A DNA stretch of 64,000 nt from Oceanisphaera marina (lineage in GTDB: Bacteria > Pseudomonadota > Gammaproteobacteria > Enterobacterales > Aeromonadaceae). A model generated the notes under the pieces. The model did no database searches and was not told where the DNA came from. It worked only from the letters and a program-made list of their open reading frames with translations. The stretch's first letter is position 1; each line of letters begins with the position of its first letter. Shown piece by piece: positions 9,249-19,474 of this stretch. The translations under genes and the position numbers were made by a program. The stretch is taken from positions 132,132 to 196,131 of the forward strand of contig NZ_BMKE01000002.1 in NCBI RefSeq assembly GCF_014643915.1. The letters run 5' to 3'.

Positions 9249-9478
9249 TTCCCATTGACAACGGAGCTGCCTGTTAATGTGACTGACCGACAGCTCAGGG
9301 GCTAAGAAGAGGCAGCTGGGATAGCCTCAGCCGACCATCACATGACAGGACGTCATGTGCTGAGCGTCGCAGGGATGCGGTTTAGCGTGTCGGAGGAGGG
9401 TACCCAGTCGCCTCTGGACATGAATTCACTGGCTAGCGACTTGTAACTAAGAGACAGGCATAAAGCCCCAACAACGCT

Positions 9479-10390
9479 TTAAGCGCTGTGCTTGAACAGG
9501 CTGAGCGCTTTTATCAGCAACAGCACCACCATGCCGGCGAATATGCCGATAACGGCGTTCAATAACAGAGGGGTCAGCCAGAGCAGCGTGCCTCCTACCC
9601 CGGGCAGGCCCTGACTCAGCTCTGCCCAGTGGTGAATCACCTGCTCGATGACGGGCAAACCATGTACCAGAATGCCGCCCCCCACCAGAAACATGGCGGC
9701 AGTGCCCACCACCGACAAGCCCTTCATTAAATAAGGGCAGGCCGCCAGCAATACCTCTCCGGCTTTTTTCAGTACACCGGTTTTCTGACTGAGATACAGC
9801 CCCAGATCATCGAGCTTGACGATGCCCGCCACCAGACCGTACACGCCTACCGTCATCAGCAAAGCAATGCCTGCCAGTACCGTCACTTGCTGACCAAAGC
9901 CAGCCCCCGCCACCGTGCCCAGGGTAATCACGATAATTTCGGCCGACAAAATAAAATCGGTACGAATGGCGCCCTTGATCTTGTCTTGCTCAAACGCCAC
10001 ACGGTCAACCGAGGGGGCAAGATCGGCCAAGTGAGGCTTATCTTCGCCCTCTTGGTGCATAAAAGAATGCACCAGCTTTTCTACCCCCTCGTAGCACAGA
10101 AACGCCCCGCCCAGCATCAATAACGGCACTATGGCCCAAGGCGCAAAGGCACTGATCACCAAGGCGGCCGGCACCAGTATCACCTTGTTACGCAAAGAGC
10201 CTTTTGCGACCGCCCATACTACCGGTAACTCTCGTTCAGCTCGTACGCCCGATACCTGCTGGGCATTCAGAGCCAAATCATCCCCCAGCACACCGGCGGT
10301 TTTTTTGGCCGCTACCTTGGTCATCAGTGAAATATCGTCAAGCAAGGTCGCAATATCGTCGATCAGGGTCAGCAGACTGGCTCCGGCCAT
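9479..10390 (-). CDS. DUF808 (YedI-like) inner-membrane protein
   Basis: Full-length similarity to E. coli YedI-family proteins ([46 protein letters not shown]…). Confidence 0.8.
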   Translation of the reverse strand: MAGASLLTLIDDIATLLDDISLMTKVAAKKTAGVLGDDLALNAQQVSGVRAERELPVVWAVAKGSLRNKVILVPAALVISAFAPWAIVPLLMLGGAFLCYEGVEKLVHSFMHQEGEDKPHLADLAPSVDRVAFEQDKIKGAIRTDFILSAEIIVITLGTVAGAGFGQQVTVLAGIALLMTVGVYGLVAGIVKLDDLGLYLSQKTGVLKKAGEVLLAACPYLMKGLSVVGTAAMFLVGGGILVHGLPVIEQVIHHWAELSQGLPGVGGTLLWLTPLLLNAVIGIFAGMVVLLLIKALSLFKHSA

Positions 10391-10403
10391 AGTGGCGTCC
10401 TTA

Positions 10404-10751
10404 TTAGCGGTGTTTAGGGGTTAACGGCTGTTGCTCATAGTGAATACCGGCCCAGCCGTGTTTGATGAAGTTACGGATATTTTGATGATCTTGTCCAGTC
10501 GGGTTAGCCAACACATTTTGATAATGTTGACCAAAACAGGTGAGCGCCTGCTCCTGGTTCAACTCGTGCAGTTGGGCAAAGGCAAAAATCTTGCACGAGC
10601 CATTGTTTTTCCCGGCTTCATTGTGCAGCTCACCGTTGTCAAAGGCGGTGGGAGTAAAGTCATAGCAGGCATCAATCACCGCCATCACCTCGGAAAATTC
10701 CATCTGCTCCGGCTGCTGTTGCAGCGCCGTAATCAACTCATGTTCGGTCAT
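10404..10751 (-). CDS. HopJ type III effector family protein (small conserved protein)
   Basis: 115 aa with the HopJ-family signature [24 protein letters not shown]…[14 protein letters not shown]. Confidence 0.65.
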   Translation of the reverse strand: MTEHELITALQQQPEQMEFSEVMAVIDACYDFTPTAFDNGELHNEAGKNNGSCKIFAFAQLHELNQEQALTCFGQHYQNVLANPTGQDHQNIRNFIKHGWAGIHYEQQPLTPKHR

Positions 10752-10791
10752 TGATATTCCTTAACTTTGATGTAATACCGGCGACCTGCGC

Positions 10792-11466
10792 TTATGCCGT
10801 TTGCTTCAACGCCAGGCACTGGCACAAAAAGCGGGCGATATCGGCTATTTGAGGGCCGCACACGCTGTGCTCCATCGAGTAATCATGAAACTCGGGGGTG
10901 AAACCCCATAACTGCAGTTGCTGACAGGCGCGCTCACCCAACACTGCTGGCACCACCGTATCACGTGTACCGTGCATCACCAGTATGGGCAGCTCGGAAT
11001 TGGCCGCATGACGCTGCAGGGTATCGCCGGTGGCCAGATAGGTCGACATGGCCATCAGCCCGCCCAACGGCTTGTCACAGCTCAAGGCCGCCTCGTAGGC
11101 AACCGCGCCCCCCTGAGAAAACCCGGCCAGCACAATGCGCCGGCTATCGATACCGGCTGCAATTTGCTGCTCAACCAGCGCTTGTATCGCTCGGGCCGAA
11201 GCACGCAGCTGGCGTTCGTCCACTTCACGATCCAGATTCATGGCCAGAATATCGTACCAGGCCGGCATGCGATGCCCGCCATTAATGGTCACCGGTATTT
11301 GTGGCGCATGGGGAAAAATAAAGCGAATGGCGCTGCCTTGCGGCAAGTTCAGCTCGGGAACGATCGGCTCAAAATCATGGCCATCGGCCCCCAGACCGTG
11401 CAGCCAGATCACACAGGCATCCGGAGTTGGGGCGGTGTCTTTCACAATCACATTCAGTGTACTCAT
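10792..11466 (-). CDS. Alpha/beta-hydrolase carboxylesterase/phospholipase family (EstB/YpfH-like)
   Basis: 224 aa with the catalytic GFSQGG nucleophile elbow and a C-terminal His-containing motif. Confidence 0.8.
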   Translation of the reverse strand: MSTLNVIVKDTAPTPDACVIWLHGLGADGHDFEPIVPELNLPQGSAIRFIFPHAPQIPVTINGGHRMPAWYDILAMNLDREVDERQLRASARAIQALVEQQIAAGIDSRRIVLAGFSQGGAVAYEAALSCDKPLGGLMAMSTYLATGDTLQRHAANSELPILVMHGTRDTVVPAVLGERACQQLQLWGFTPEFHDYSMEHSVCGPQIADIARFLCQCLALKQTA

Positions 11467-11467
11467 C

Positions 11468-12025
11468 TCAGGCTCCGTGCAAAGGATAAAGGGTGATATC
11501 CACCAGCGTCGCGCCCTGCTCGTCGGCAGTCAACTCCAGAAGTTCATCGGCGGCCAGTATCCATAACTCGGGCTCGGCACTCTGCCCCCTTGCATGACGA
11601 TACAGCAGCCTGGGCGTCTCGCCGTAACAATGATAAATCTGCCACGGTGCCAGCTCATGTACCTGTAACTCGGCCCGGCCCCAGCGCCGATCGCTCATCA
11701 CATTGAAGTCCAGGCATTCCCCGCCCAGTAATGTACAGTCAACCGATTCTTCTCCACAAAAGGCCAGCGGAACGAAGGGCGTATCCAGTGTTTTCAGCTG
11801 GCCGTTCAGATCCAGCTTGAAACCGGCCCCCTCTACCAGCATCAAGATACGGTCGACATTGGGGAAAAAAGAAAAAGGACCACTTTGCCCCACTCGGGCC
11901 ATAGACACTCGCAGGCCAAAATCACTGCCAGGTACACCGGGCAGCCGATACAGCTCTCGGGTAACGCCGCCGCCATTTTTCCAGGGCATGTCGATAAAGT
12001 CATTCGCTCCCAGTCGTGTTGCCAT
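11468..12025 (-). CDS. hutD: HutD/Ves family protein
   Basis: 185 aa with the conserved PWKNGGGVTRE motif. Its start lies 2 nt from the esterase stop. Confidence 0.75.
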   Translation of the reverse strand: MATRLGANDFIDMPWKNGGGVTRELYRLPGVPGSDFGLRVSMARVGQSGPFSFFPNVDRILMLVEGAGFKLDLNGQLKTLDTPFVPLAFCGEESVDCTLLGGECLDFNVMSDRRWGRAELQVHELAPWQIYHCYGETPRLLYRHARGQSAEPELWILAADELLELTADEQGATLVDITLYPLHGA

Positions 12026-12076
12026 CGATATTTTGCTCCGATTCCAGGGTAATAAACAAAAGTGGTGTTGGACTGG

Positions 12077-12859
12077 CTAAGTACGAGCTATCTGTAGCTG
12101 ATCCCGGCCATTCTTTTTGGCCTGAATAAGCGCAGCATCGGCACGATTGATGGTGAGATCGACGTTTTCATCAGGCTGATACATAGCCAGTCCCGCACTG
12201 ATACTGAGCCTGAGTTGTTCCTCTTTCTCCAGGCGCACCCCACGCACCGCAGCCATGACACGCTCAACAATATGACAGGCCTGCTCCAGTTCGGTTTGCG
12301 GCAATAGCAGCAAAAACTCTTCTCCTCCCCAGCGCGCGCACAAATCGTAGCCTCGCAGTTGCTGCACTATGGTCTCGGCCATCATGCATAAGGCCCTATC
12401 CCCCATCTCGTGGCCGAAATCATCGTTGATTCGTTTGAAATGATCGGCATCCAGCATGACCAGAGTAAAGGGGCTTGCGCCACGGCGACATCGCTCCACT
12501 TCTTCTCCCAGCCGGGCCATCAACAGTCGACGGTTCGCCAGTTTGGTCAAGGGGTCCTGCTGTGCCGCCTGCTTGAGCTGTTCGTTCAGTTCCATCAGGC
12601 TATGCTGATAGCGATCGGAAATACGGGTGATTTTTTCCAATCGGCGTAACTGCTTGTCGTATTGCTCCAGCAGTTCATGGGTCTGGGAGCGTGCGATACC
12701 ATCGCTGCAATCGGCAATACGCAGCAGCTTTTCAAGCTGTTTGCGTTGCGCCTGTTCTCGCTGCTGCAGCCACTCCAGGGCCGGCAACAGGGGATTATCC
12801 TGATGTTCGGGGTTTGTCAGCAAGCGTTCCAGATCGGCATCAGTCCATGGTTTCATCAT
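12077..12859 (-). CDS. siaD: GGDEF diguanylate cyclase, SiaD-like
   Basis: N-terminal coiled coil plus a GGDEF domain with an intact GGEEF active site and RxxD I-site context (…CARWGGEEFLLLLP…). It is the last gene of a siaABCD-like array. Confidence 0.75.
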   Translation of the reverse strand: MMKPWTDADLERLLTNPEHQDNPLLPALEWLQQREQAQRKQLEKLLRIADCSDGIARSQTHELLEQYDKQLRRLEKITRISDRYQHSLMELNEQLKQAAQQDPLTKLANRRLLMARLGEEVERCRRGASPFTLVMLDADHFKRINDDFGHEMGDRALCMMAETIVQQLRGYDLCARWGGEEFLLLLPQTELEQACHIVERVMAAVRGVRLEKEEQLRLSISAGLAMYQPDENVDLTINRADAALIQAKKNGRDQLQIART

Positions 12860-12865
12860 GCGGCT

Positions 12866-13270
12866 CTATTCATCATGGGGCTTTATATAGAAAGGAAAGG
12901 TGCAATCTTCTTTAAACTCTTCAGCCAGCTCCACTACCCGTTCGTTTTCCGGATCGTAATACCAGCGTACACTCACCGCACGCCCTTGCTCGTAGGCGGC
13001 CTCCAGCAAGTCAAAAATATCCATCATGGCCTTGACGCTGCTGGTATTCATGTAAATCAGACGTAGTTCAAGTTGCAGTGGCAAGGTGGACTGTTGCAAA
13101 AACTGCTCGACCCAGTGGATAACCTCATCAAAAAACTCAAACGAGTTTTCCGGATAAGAGTCGCCCTGCATGCTCATCAGGCCCCGGGCAGGATCGCATT
13201 GAATGGTCGGGGTAGAATGGCTGCCTGCCATCGTTAATGATTTCATGTCTATTTCTGGTCCCATATTCAT
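12866..13270 (-). CDS. siaC: DUF1987 protein, SiaC-like (anti-sigma-antagonist-like partner-switch protein)
   Basis: DUF1987 signature …YMNTSSVKAMMDIFDLLE…VRWYYDPENE. Its ATG overlaps the siaB stop (ATGA). Confidence 0.75.
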   Translation of the reverse strand: MNMGPEIDMKSLTMAGSHSTPTIQCDPARGLMSMQGDSYPENSFEFFDEVIHWVEQFLQQSTLPLQLELRLIYMNTSSVKAMMDIFDLLEAAYEQGRAVSVRWYYDPENERVVELAEEFKEDCTFPFYIKPHDE

Positions 13271-13809
13271 ATCACTGCCAACAAACTTAAAAAACCACGG
13301 CCGGAGCCGGTATCCACCAATTTGGCAACCATCGGCTGTGCGCTTTTTCGGGCAACATCCAGCAGGCCCAGTCCGGCACCACTGGCGGTATCTTCACCTC
13401 GAGGCTGGCGTAGCTGTGTTTTGTACGCTTTTTTCAGTTCAACCTTGTCCATTTCGGCCAGCTGCTCAATACGCTGACACACCGCCTGACCATCGTCCAG
13501 CTCTACCTGATTGCCCGCCAGCACCAGGTAATTGCCTTCGGTATTACGCGCCACCACCACGGTCGCCGAGCCTTCGGAGTCACTGTATTGCATGCGGTTG
13601 GCATAATGACGAATATTCTGGGTCAGCTCTATGTATACGCCAAAAACATCTTGTGCCGCATGGGGCAAGGCATTATCGGCCTGCAAATAGTTCTTTAACG
13701 CATTCCCTATTTCTTCTATCAGACTGCGAGAAATAGGACCGTTAAAACACAATAGTATGTGATTATTATTAAACTGTTCTCGTATCGACAATAAATCTAT
13801 GGATAGCAT
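13267..13809 (-). CDS. siaB: SiaB-like serine/threonine kinase (HATPase-like anti-sigma-factor-type)
   Basis: 181 aa from ATG 13809, which has AAGGA five nt upstream. The product has a GAGLGLLDV G-rich ATP-lid-like motif. It matches the P. aeruginosa SiaB in length and in operon position. Confidence 0.65.
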   Translation of the reverse strand: MLSIDLLSIREQFNNNHILLCFNGPISRSLIEEIGNALKNYLQADNALPHAAQDVFGVYIELTQNIRHYANRMQYSDSEGSATVVVARNTEGNYLVLAGNQVELDDGQAVCQRIEQLAEMDKVELKKAYKTQLRQPRGEDTASGAGLGLLDVARKSAQPMVAKLVDTGSGRGFLSLLAVI

Positions 13810-13819
13810 AGCAACGTCC

Positions 13820-15847
13820 TTATTTGTATGAGTCCACTTTAAACGCCAGCAGGGTAATATCATCCCGCTGAGGATAGTCACCCCGGTAATCTTCCAGTGC
13901 CTGCTTGAGCGCCTGAGCCTGTTCACTCAAAGGCAAGCCAGTTTGTTGTTTCAATAAATCACAAAAACGACTATTACCCAAGCCAAACCCTTTTTCACCC
14001 CCCGCCTGATCCAGATAGCCGTCGGTGGCCAAATAATAAATATGCTCCGGCTGCAGGGCCAGCCGTGTATCGCTAAATTGCACCTGGCGACGGTCGAGCA
14101 ACGGACGACGATGACCCTTAACCTCCATCACCTGATCACCATCGCTGTGATAGAGTGACATCTTGGCTCCGGCAAACACCAGCTGTTGAAGATCCGGCAT
14201 CACACTGACCAGGCCAACATCCATGTTGGTGGCGAGTCCACGAGGCAGCTCGCAATCTTGCATCATGCCACGCAAGATAAGGTCGGTCTGCTGCAGTATG
14301 CCGGCCGGCGAGGTAATGCCACTATCATGAATGGCATGATCCAGTGCGGCACGGGCCAGCATGGTCATTAACGCTCCGGCCACGCCGTGCCCGGCACAAT
14401 CCACCACCCCAACCAGATAACGGCCCTGCTCTGCGGGATGAAACACATAAAAGTCTCCGCCTACTACATCGCGAGGATGCCACAAGACAAAGTGCTGTTC
14501 ACCCAGGGTTTGCCTTAACTGTTGATCGGGTAAAATCGCTTTTTGTATCAAGCTGGCGTAATCAATGGAGTCATTAATCTGTTGATGGGCCTTGCGCATC
14601 TTGTTGTTGGCTTCTTCCAGCTCAGAAGTACGACTGCGTACCTTGTGCTCCAGTTCCCGGGTATGGGTCTGCACCTTGTTTGCCATTACACCAAATGCCG
14701 TGCTCAAGTCGCCAATTTCGTCGCCCTGGGATGGCGGTAACGACGTTTTATAATCTCCATCGGCAATGGCACTGGCCGAGCTTTGCAGTCGTCGCAGCGG
14801 TGACAGGATCAATCGCTCTACCGCATAAGCCAGGGCCAGCAGCAAGAGGACAAAGATGATGACCAACGCCAACAGAGAGGTCATGAGCCAACCGGATTCC
14901 AGCACCTGGGCCGCATCGAGATCAATGGCCGTCACCACATACCAGCCCAGCTCGGGAATAAAGCTCATGGCCACCAACTGGCGCTTCTCGGCCAGGGTAA
15001 AACTGTCGATGCCTACCTGGCCGGGATTGGATTTAGCCTGTGCCATCAGCGTTCGCAACTGCGGCTGTTGCGCCTGGGGTAATTGCGCCAATAAGGTACG
15101 GCGTTGCACCTCGGCCCCGGTCGCGGAGCCGATGGCAATACTGTCTTTATCGGGATGGGCCTGAAACGCCCCCTGCTCATCGATGATCATGGGGGTGACG
15201 CCCACTTCATCGGTCGCAATAAACTCATTGATAAACTCGGTGAGATCGATCCCCGTTCCCGCCAGCCCCAGTACTTTACCCTGGTCTTCAACCAGAATAT
15301 TTAACCAGACCCGCGTCGTTTCCAGCCGGGTATCAAGATTAACGTTGATATTAACCTGGTCACCCTTGGCCAGCACATTGTAAAACCAGCTGTCATCGGG
15401 GTTGCTGGCCACAAGAACATATTCGGGTTGGCCGTCGAATGCCGTGTTGGCTTCACGGTAATAATAGGCGCCTGACTGCGCGCTGGTAATAAAAAAGGAA
15501 TGGCTACTGAAATCCTTGATATAGCCTTCGCTTTCACGAAACAGCAGGGCTTTATCTTGTTCATCACCTTCATTGCTCAGCCATTGCTTCATCAAGATGG
15601 AGTCGGCAAAGCGCTGGGCCAGAGCGAGATCCCGAGACAGGGGCACCAGAATATTCTGTCTGTTCAATTGGGTAAAGTTTCGGGCAAAGGCGCTGCCAAA
15701 ATGGTCTTGCACCCCGGACATTATCTGCCAGCCAATTCCCACCGCCGGAATAAATACCAGCAAACAGGCCACGAAGAGTGCCCACATTGCCTTGGCGCGC
15801 AGTCCTTTTCCCCAAATAGCCATTGGCGTCCTTGCCCTTGTCATCAT
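13820..15847 (-). CDS. siaA: Membrane sensor PP2C phosphatase, SiaA-like (TM - periplasmic domain - TM - HAMP - SpoIIE/PP2C)
   Basis: 675 aa with two TM segments flanking a periplasmic domain of about 280 aa, a HAMP domain, and a C-terminal PP2C fold (…VVDCAGHGVAGALMTMLA…). Confidence 0.75.
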   Translation of the reverse strand: MMTRARTPMAIWGKGLRAKAMWALFVACLLVFIPAVGIGWQIMSGVQDHFGSAFARNFTQLNRQNILVPLSRDLALAQRFADSILMKQWLSNEGDEQDKALLFRESEGYIKDFSSHSFFITSAQSGAYYYREANTAFDGQPEYVLVASNPDDSWFYNVLAKGDQVNINVNLDTRLETTRVWLNILVEDQGKVLGLAGTGIDLTEFINEFIATDEVGVTPMIIDEQGAFQAHPDKDSIAIGSATGAEVQRRTLLAQLPQAQQPQLRTLMAQAKSNPGQVGIDSFTLAEKRQLVAMSFIPELGWYVVTAIDLDAAQVLESGWLMTSLLALVIIFVLLLLALAYAVERLILSPLRRLQSSASAIADGDYKTSLPPSQGDEIGDLSTAFGVMANKVQTHTRELEHKVRSRTSELEEANNKMRKAHQQINDSIDYASLIQKAILPDQQLRQTLGEQHFVLWHPRDVVGGDFYVFHPAEQGRYLVGVVDCAGHGVAGALMTMLARAALDHAIHDSGITSPAGILQQTDLILRGMMQDCELPRGLATNMDVGLVSVMPDLQQLVFAGAKMSLYHSDGDQVMEVKGHRRPLLDRRQVQFSDTRLALQPEHIYYLATDGYLDQAGGEKGFGLGNSRFCDLLKQQTGLPLSEQAQALKQALEDYRGDYPQRDDITLLAFKVDSYK

Positions 15848-15905
15848 GTAATTAAGTCGAGGCTGCCATTGTTCACGCTTGTCTTTGAAAACTCAATCGG
15901 CACTC

Positions 15906-15938
15906 ATAAAAAAGCCCACATAAAGTGGGCTTTTCTTT
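15906..15938 (-). terminator. Rho-independent (bidirectional-looking) terminator downstream of ribBA
   Basis: aaaaaagcccac-ataa-agtgggcttttcttt. The stem is flanked by A- and T-runs. Confidence 0.65.
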
Positions 15939-15958
15939 AAAACAACGGTCAATGTTCA

Positions 15959-17068
15959 TCAATCGGTAATGTATTCCACGACTTCAAGGCCGAAACCCGA
16001 CAAGGCATGGTAGCGTTTGGGGGAGCTTAACAGCTTCATTTTACCCACGCCCATGGCCTGCAGAATTTGCGAGCCCACTCCCACGCGGCGCGACGTGCCC
16101 TGCCACTTGGCGGCGGCGGATCGTTCGCCACGGTCCTCGGCTTCAAACTGGCGCACCAGCGACAACAAATGGTCCGGCGTTTCTTCTCGGCCCAGGATCA
16201 CCAGCACACCGCCTTCCTCGGCAATGCGTTGCATCGACTTGCCCAAGGGCCAGGTACGAGATGAATGACGGTCTGTCATCAATACATCGGTAAACATATC
16301 GTGAATATGCACTCGCACCAGAGCCGGCTCATCCTGCTTGATGTCGCCTTTTTTCAGTGCAAAGTGCACCTGATTGTCGATGGTGTCTCTGAAGGTGACC
16401 AGCTCGAAATCACCGTATTCGGTGGGCAGATTACAACGGGCAACCTGCTCTATGGTGGTTTCGTTCTGATTACGATATTCAATCAAATCGGCAATGGTAC
16501 CCAGCTTGATACCGTGCTCTTTGGCAAATACTTCCAGATCGGGCCGACGAGCCATGGTGCCGTCTTCATTGAGGATCTCGACGATGACCGACGAAGGCTC
16601 CAGGCCCGCAAGGCGCGCCAAATCACAACCGGCTTCGGTATGCCCGGCACGGGTCAAGACGCCACCGTTCTGGGCTTTCAGCGGAAAAATATGCCCGGGC
16701 TGCACCAGGTCGGCCGGTTTGGCATCGGGCGCCACCGCGGCCTGAACGGTACGGGCACGGTCGGCAGCAGAAATGCCGGTGGTCACGCCTTCGGCCGCTT
16801 CAATAGACACGGTAAAGGCCGTGGAAAACTGCTCGGTATTACGGCTGACCATCTGCGGAATATCCAGCTGGCGGCAGCGGGCTTCGGTCAGGGTCAGGCA
16901 AATCAGGCCTCGGCCATATTTCGCCATGAAGTTGATGTCTTCCGGGCGCACATGATGGGAGGCCATGATCAAATCGCCTTCGTTTTCGCGATCTTCATCG
17001 TCCATCAAAATAACCATCTTGCCCTGACGGATATCGTCGATGATCTCTTGGGTACTGCTTAAAGCCAT
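15959..17068 (-). CDS. ribBA: Bifunctional 3,4-dihydroxy-2-butanone-4-phosphate synthase / GTP cyclohydrolase II
   Basis: 369 aa. The N-terminal half is RibB-like (…[12 protein letters not shown]…) and the C-terminal half is RibA-like. Confidence 0.9.
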   Translation of the reverse strand: MALSSTQEIIDDIRQGKMVILMDDEDRENEGDLIMASHHVRPEDINFMAKYGRGLICLTLTEARCRQLDIPQMVSRNTEQFSTAFTVSIEAAEGVTTGISAADRARTVQAAVAPDAKPADLVQPGHIFPLKAQNGGVLTRAGHTEAGCDLARLAGLEPSSVIVEILNEDGTMARRPDLEVFAKEHGIKLGTIADLIEYRNQNETTIEQVARCNLPTEYGDFELVTFRDTIDNQVHFALKKGDIKQDEPALVRVHIHDMFTDVLMTDRHSSRTWPLGKSMQRIAEEGGVLVILGREETPDHLLSLVRQFEAEDRGERSAAAKWQGTSRRVGVGSQILQAMGVGKMKLLSSPKRYHALSGFGLEVVEYITD

Positions 17069-17093
17069 GGAATTCTCCCTTAATATCTAACGA

Positions 17094-17747
17094 CTACTTT
17101 ATAAAACCACTGGTAGCCAGCGCCGACAGCGTAATCCCGGCTGACGCAGGCGTGGCATCCGCATTGAGCAGACGTTCCAGGTAGCGAGCAATAATATCCA
17201 CCTCGAGGTTGACCAGCCGGCCGGGCCGCCAGTCGTTCAGGGTGGTTTCCTGCAAGGTATGGGGTACCAGCGTCAGCTTGAAACGCGACGCCACTACCTC
17301 GTTGACCGTCAGACTGATGCCATCCACCGTGATAGAGCCCTTTTCGGCAATATAACGCGCCAGATGGGCCGGAGCCTCAACCCACAGCTCAATGCTCTGC
17401 CCCCTAAGGGTGCGCTGGCTGATCGTACCCACATCATCAACATGACCGGACACCATGTGTCCCCCCAGTCGACCAGTGGCCAGCAGCGCCTTCTCCAGAT
17501 TCACTTTTTGCCCTTTGGCATAGTTGGCAAAGCCGGTGCGTTCTATGGTTTCGCCGGAAACATGAGCACAATAATAATCGCGGCCCAGCTCGGTTACTGT
17601 GAGGCAGACACCATTGGTGGCAATCGAATCACCCAGCTTCACATCGGACAAGTCCAGCTGTGGGCAGTGAATGCGAATAACCGACTCCTTGCCCTGGCGG
17701 CGCAACTCGGCCAATACGCCGGTGGCTTCTACAATACCGGTAAACAT
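17094..17747 (-). CDS. ribE: Riboflavin synthase (alpha subunit)
   Basis: 217 aa starting MFTGIVEATG…, with the duplicated lumazine-binding halves. Confidence 0.9.
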   Translation of the reverse strand: MFTGIVEATGVLAELRRQGKESVIRIHCPQLDLSDVKLGDSIATNGVCLTVTELGRDYYCAHVSGETIERTGFANYAKGQKVNLEKALLATGRLGGHMVSGHVDDVGTISQRTLRGQSIELWVEAPAHLARYIAEKGSITVDGISLTVNEVVASRFKLTLVPHTLQETTLNDWRPGRLVNLEVDIIARYLERLLNADATPASAGITLSALATSGFIK

Positions 17748-18910
17748 CAGTTTTTTACCCTTGCGGTTAATTTAATATCTTCACCTACCTGCCGACAGTC
17801 TTGCCACTCCAGCCGGGTGATCTGACTCATGGCAACCCGCTCGGGAATATCGAATAAGCCACGGGCAGTGCTGCCCATCAGTTTGGGCGCCTGATAGAGC
17901 ACCAGCTCGTCGATCAGTGTCGCCTCCAGCAAGGCGCCTCCTAACCGGGCCCCCGCCTCTACCCACAGATGATTAATCTGGCGACGGCCCAGCTCGGCCA
18001 TCAGCTCGGGCAAGTCCAGCTGGCCGAGAGGGGTGCACGGCAGTACGCATTCTTCAACATTGGCATTGAAGCCGCCCGTCACCTGACCACGCAGCAACAA
18101 GATAGGGCCGGGCACGCTGAATAAGGCAAGATGAGGAGTCAGTCGGTTACGAGTGTCGATAATCACCCGCAATGGCTGACGTAACGGTTGGCTTACCTGA
18201 AGGCTAGCTAGCTCACCGGCATTATCAGCGGTCCGAACCTCGTCGTAACTGGCCTGCACCGACTCGGGCAGCTCGGCCCAGCGCACATTGAGGCTGGCGT
18301 TGTCGACCAGTACCGTATCGGCACCCGACAAAATGGCACAACTCAAGGCCCGGTGGCGTTGCACATCACGCCGCGCCGCAGAGCCGGTGATCCATTTGCT
18401 CTGGCCATTGGCCAGTGCAGTACGGCCGTCCAGGCTGGATGCCAGCTTGACGGTAACAAACGGCAGACCGGTACGCATACGGTGCATAAAACCGCGGTTA
18501 ATGGCATCGGACTCGGCCGCCATCAGCCCGGCTTCCGCCATAATACCCGCCTCGCGCAGCATGGCCAGGCCACGACCCGACACCTGCGGGTTGGCATCCA
18601 CACTGGCGGCGACCACCCGCGACACGCCGGCATCGATCAAGGCCTGAGCACAAGGCGGGGTACGACCATAATGGGAACAGGGCTCTAACGTAACGTAAGC
18701 GGTGGCTCCCTTGGCGGCAGCACCCGCCTGGCGCAGAGCAAACACTTCGGCGTGCGGGCCACCGGCCTGACGGTGATAACCCTCGCCCACTATTTTATCG
18801 TGCCGCACTATGACGCAGCCCACGGCGGGATTGGGACTCACGGTAAAACGGCCCCGTTTGGCCAGCTCCAGCGCCCTGGCCATGTAGTGTGCATCTTGGG
18901 AGTTAAACAC
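17747..18910 (-). CDS. ribD: Bifunctional diaminohydroxyphosphoribosylaminopyrimidine deaminase / 5-amino-6-(5-phosphoribosylamino)uracil reductase
   Basis: 387 aa with a CMP/dCMP-type deaminase motif (HAE…PCxxC) and a C-terminal reductase domain. Its start abuts the nrdR stop. Confidence 0.9.
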   Translation of the reverse strand: MFNSQDAHYMARALELAKRGRFTVSPNPAVGCVIVRHDKIVGEGYHRQAGGPHAEVFALRQAGAAAKGATAYVTLEPCSHYGRTPPCAQALIDAGVSRVVAASVDANPQVSGRGLAMLREAGIMAEAGLMAAESDAINRGFMHRMRTGLPFVTVKLASSLDGRTALANGQSKWITGSAARRDVQRHRALSCAILSGADTVLVDNASLNVRWAELPESVQASYDEVRTADNAGELASLQVSQPLRQPLRVIIDTRNRLTPHLALFSVPGPILLLRGQVTGGFNANVEECVLPCTPLGQLDLPELMAELGRRQINHLWVEAGARLGGALLEATLIDELVLYQAPKLMGSTARGLFDIPERVAMSQITRLEWQDCRQVGEDIKLTARVKN

Positions 18911-19360
18911 TTATTGCTCCAGTCGGGCTATTTCTTCACCAAATTGGCGTAGGTCTTCAAAGCAGCGGTACACGGAGGCAAAGCGGATATAGGCCACCTT
19001 GTCGAGCAGCTTTAGCTCTTCCATCACCAGGTTGCCAATGTGATCTGACTTGATTTCTCGCTCGCCGGTGGCACGCAACTGAGACATGATGCGACTAACG
19101 GATTGCTCGATGGCTTCTATGCTGACCGGACGCTTTTCCAGTGCCCGTTGCATGCCCGCTTCCAGTTTGTCTTCGTTAAAGGGTTCGCGAATGCCGTTGT
19201 TCTTGATCACTCTTGGCATGACCAATTCGGCGCTTTCAAAGGTGGTAAAACGCTCTTTGCAGGCATTGCATTCTCGCCGACGGCGCACCTGCAAACCTTC
19301 ACCGACCAAACGGGAGTCGATCACCTTGGTTTCGGTTGCTTGACAGAAGGGACAGTGCAT
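18911..19360 (-). CDS. nrdR: Transcriptional repressor NrdR
   Basis: 149 aa starting [19 protein letters not shown]…, with a zinc ribbon and an ATP-cone. Confidence 0.95.
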   Translation of the reverse strand: MHCPFCQATETKVIDSRLVGEGLQVRRRRECNACKERFTTFESAELVMPRVIKNNGIREPFNEDKLEAGMQRALEKRPVSIEAIEQSVSRIMSQLRATGEREIKSDHIGNLVMEELKLLDKVAYIRFASVYRCFEDLRQFGEEIARLEQ

Positions 19361-19474
19361 AGCGCCTCCATGGGCTGAATTCGGTCATTAGTGTAAATAA
19401 GCAGGCTACAGATTGCCAGAATGAAACACAGTTGTAAGCATGAAGCTATCAGCAAAACGGGGTGGATATGAGTA

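Noticed and set aside
9123-9478. Known RNA genes (tmRNA, RNase P RNA, 6S RNA) in the structured eamA-DUF808 spacer
   Set aside because: I could not find the conserved cores of these RNAs (e.g. AGGAAAGUCCGGGCUCC of RNase P, the tmRNA tag-coding region or a 3' CCA acceptor). It is treated as an unclassified palindromic element.
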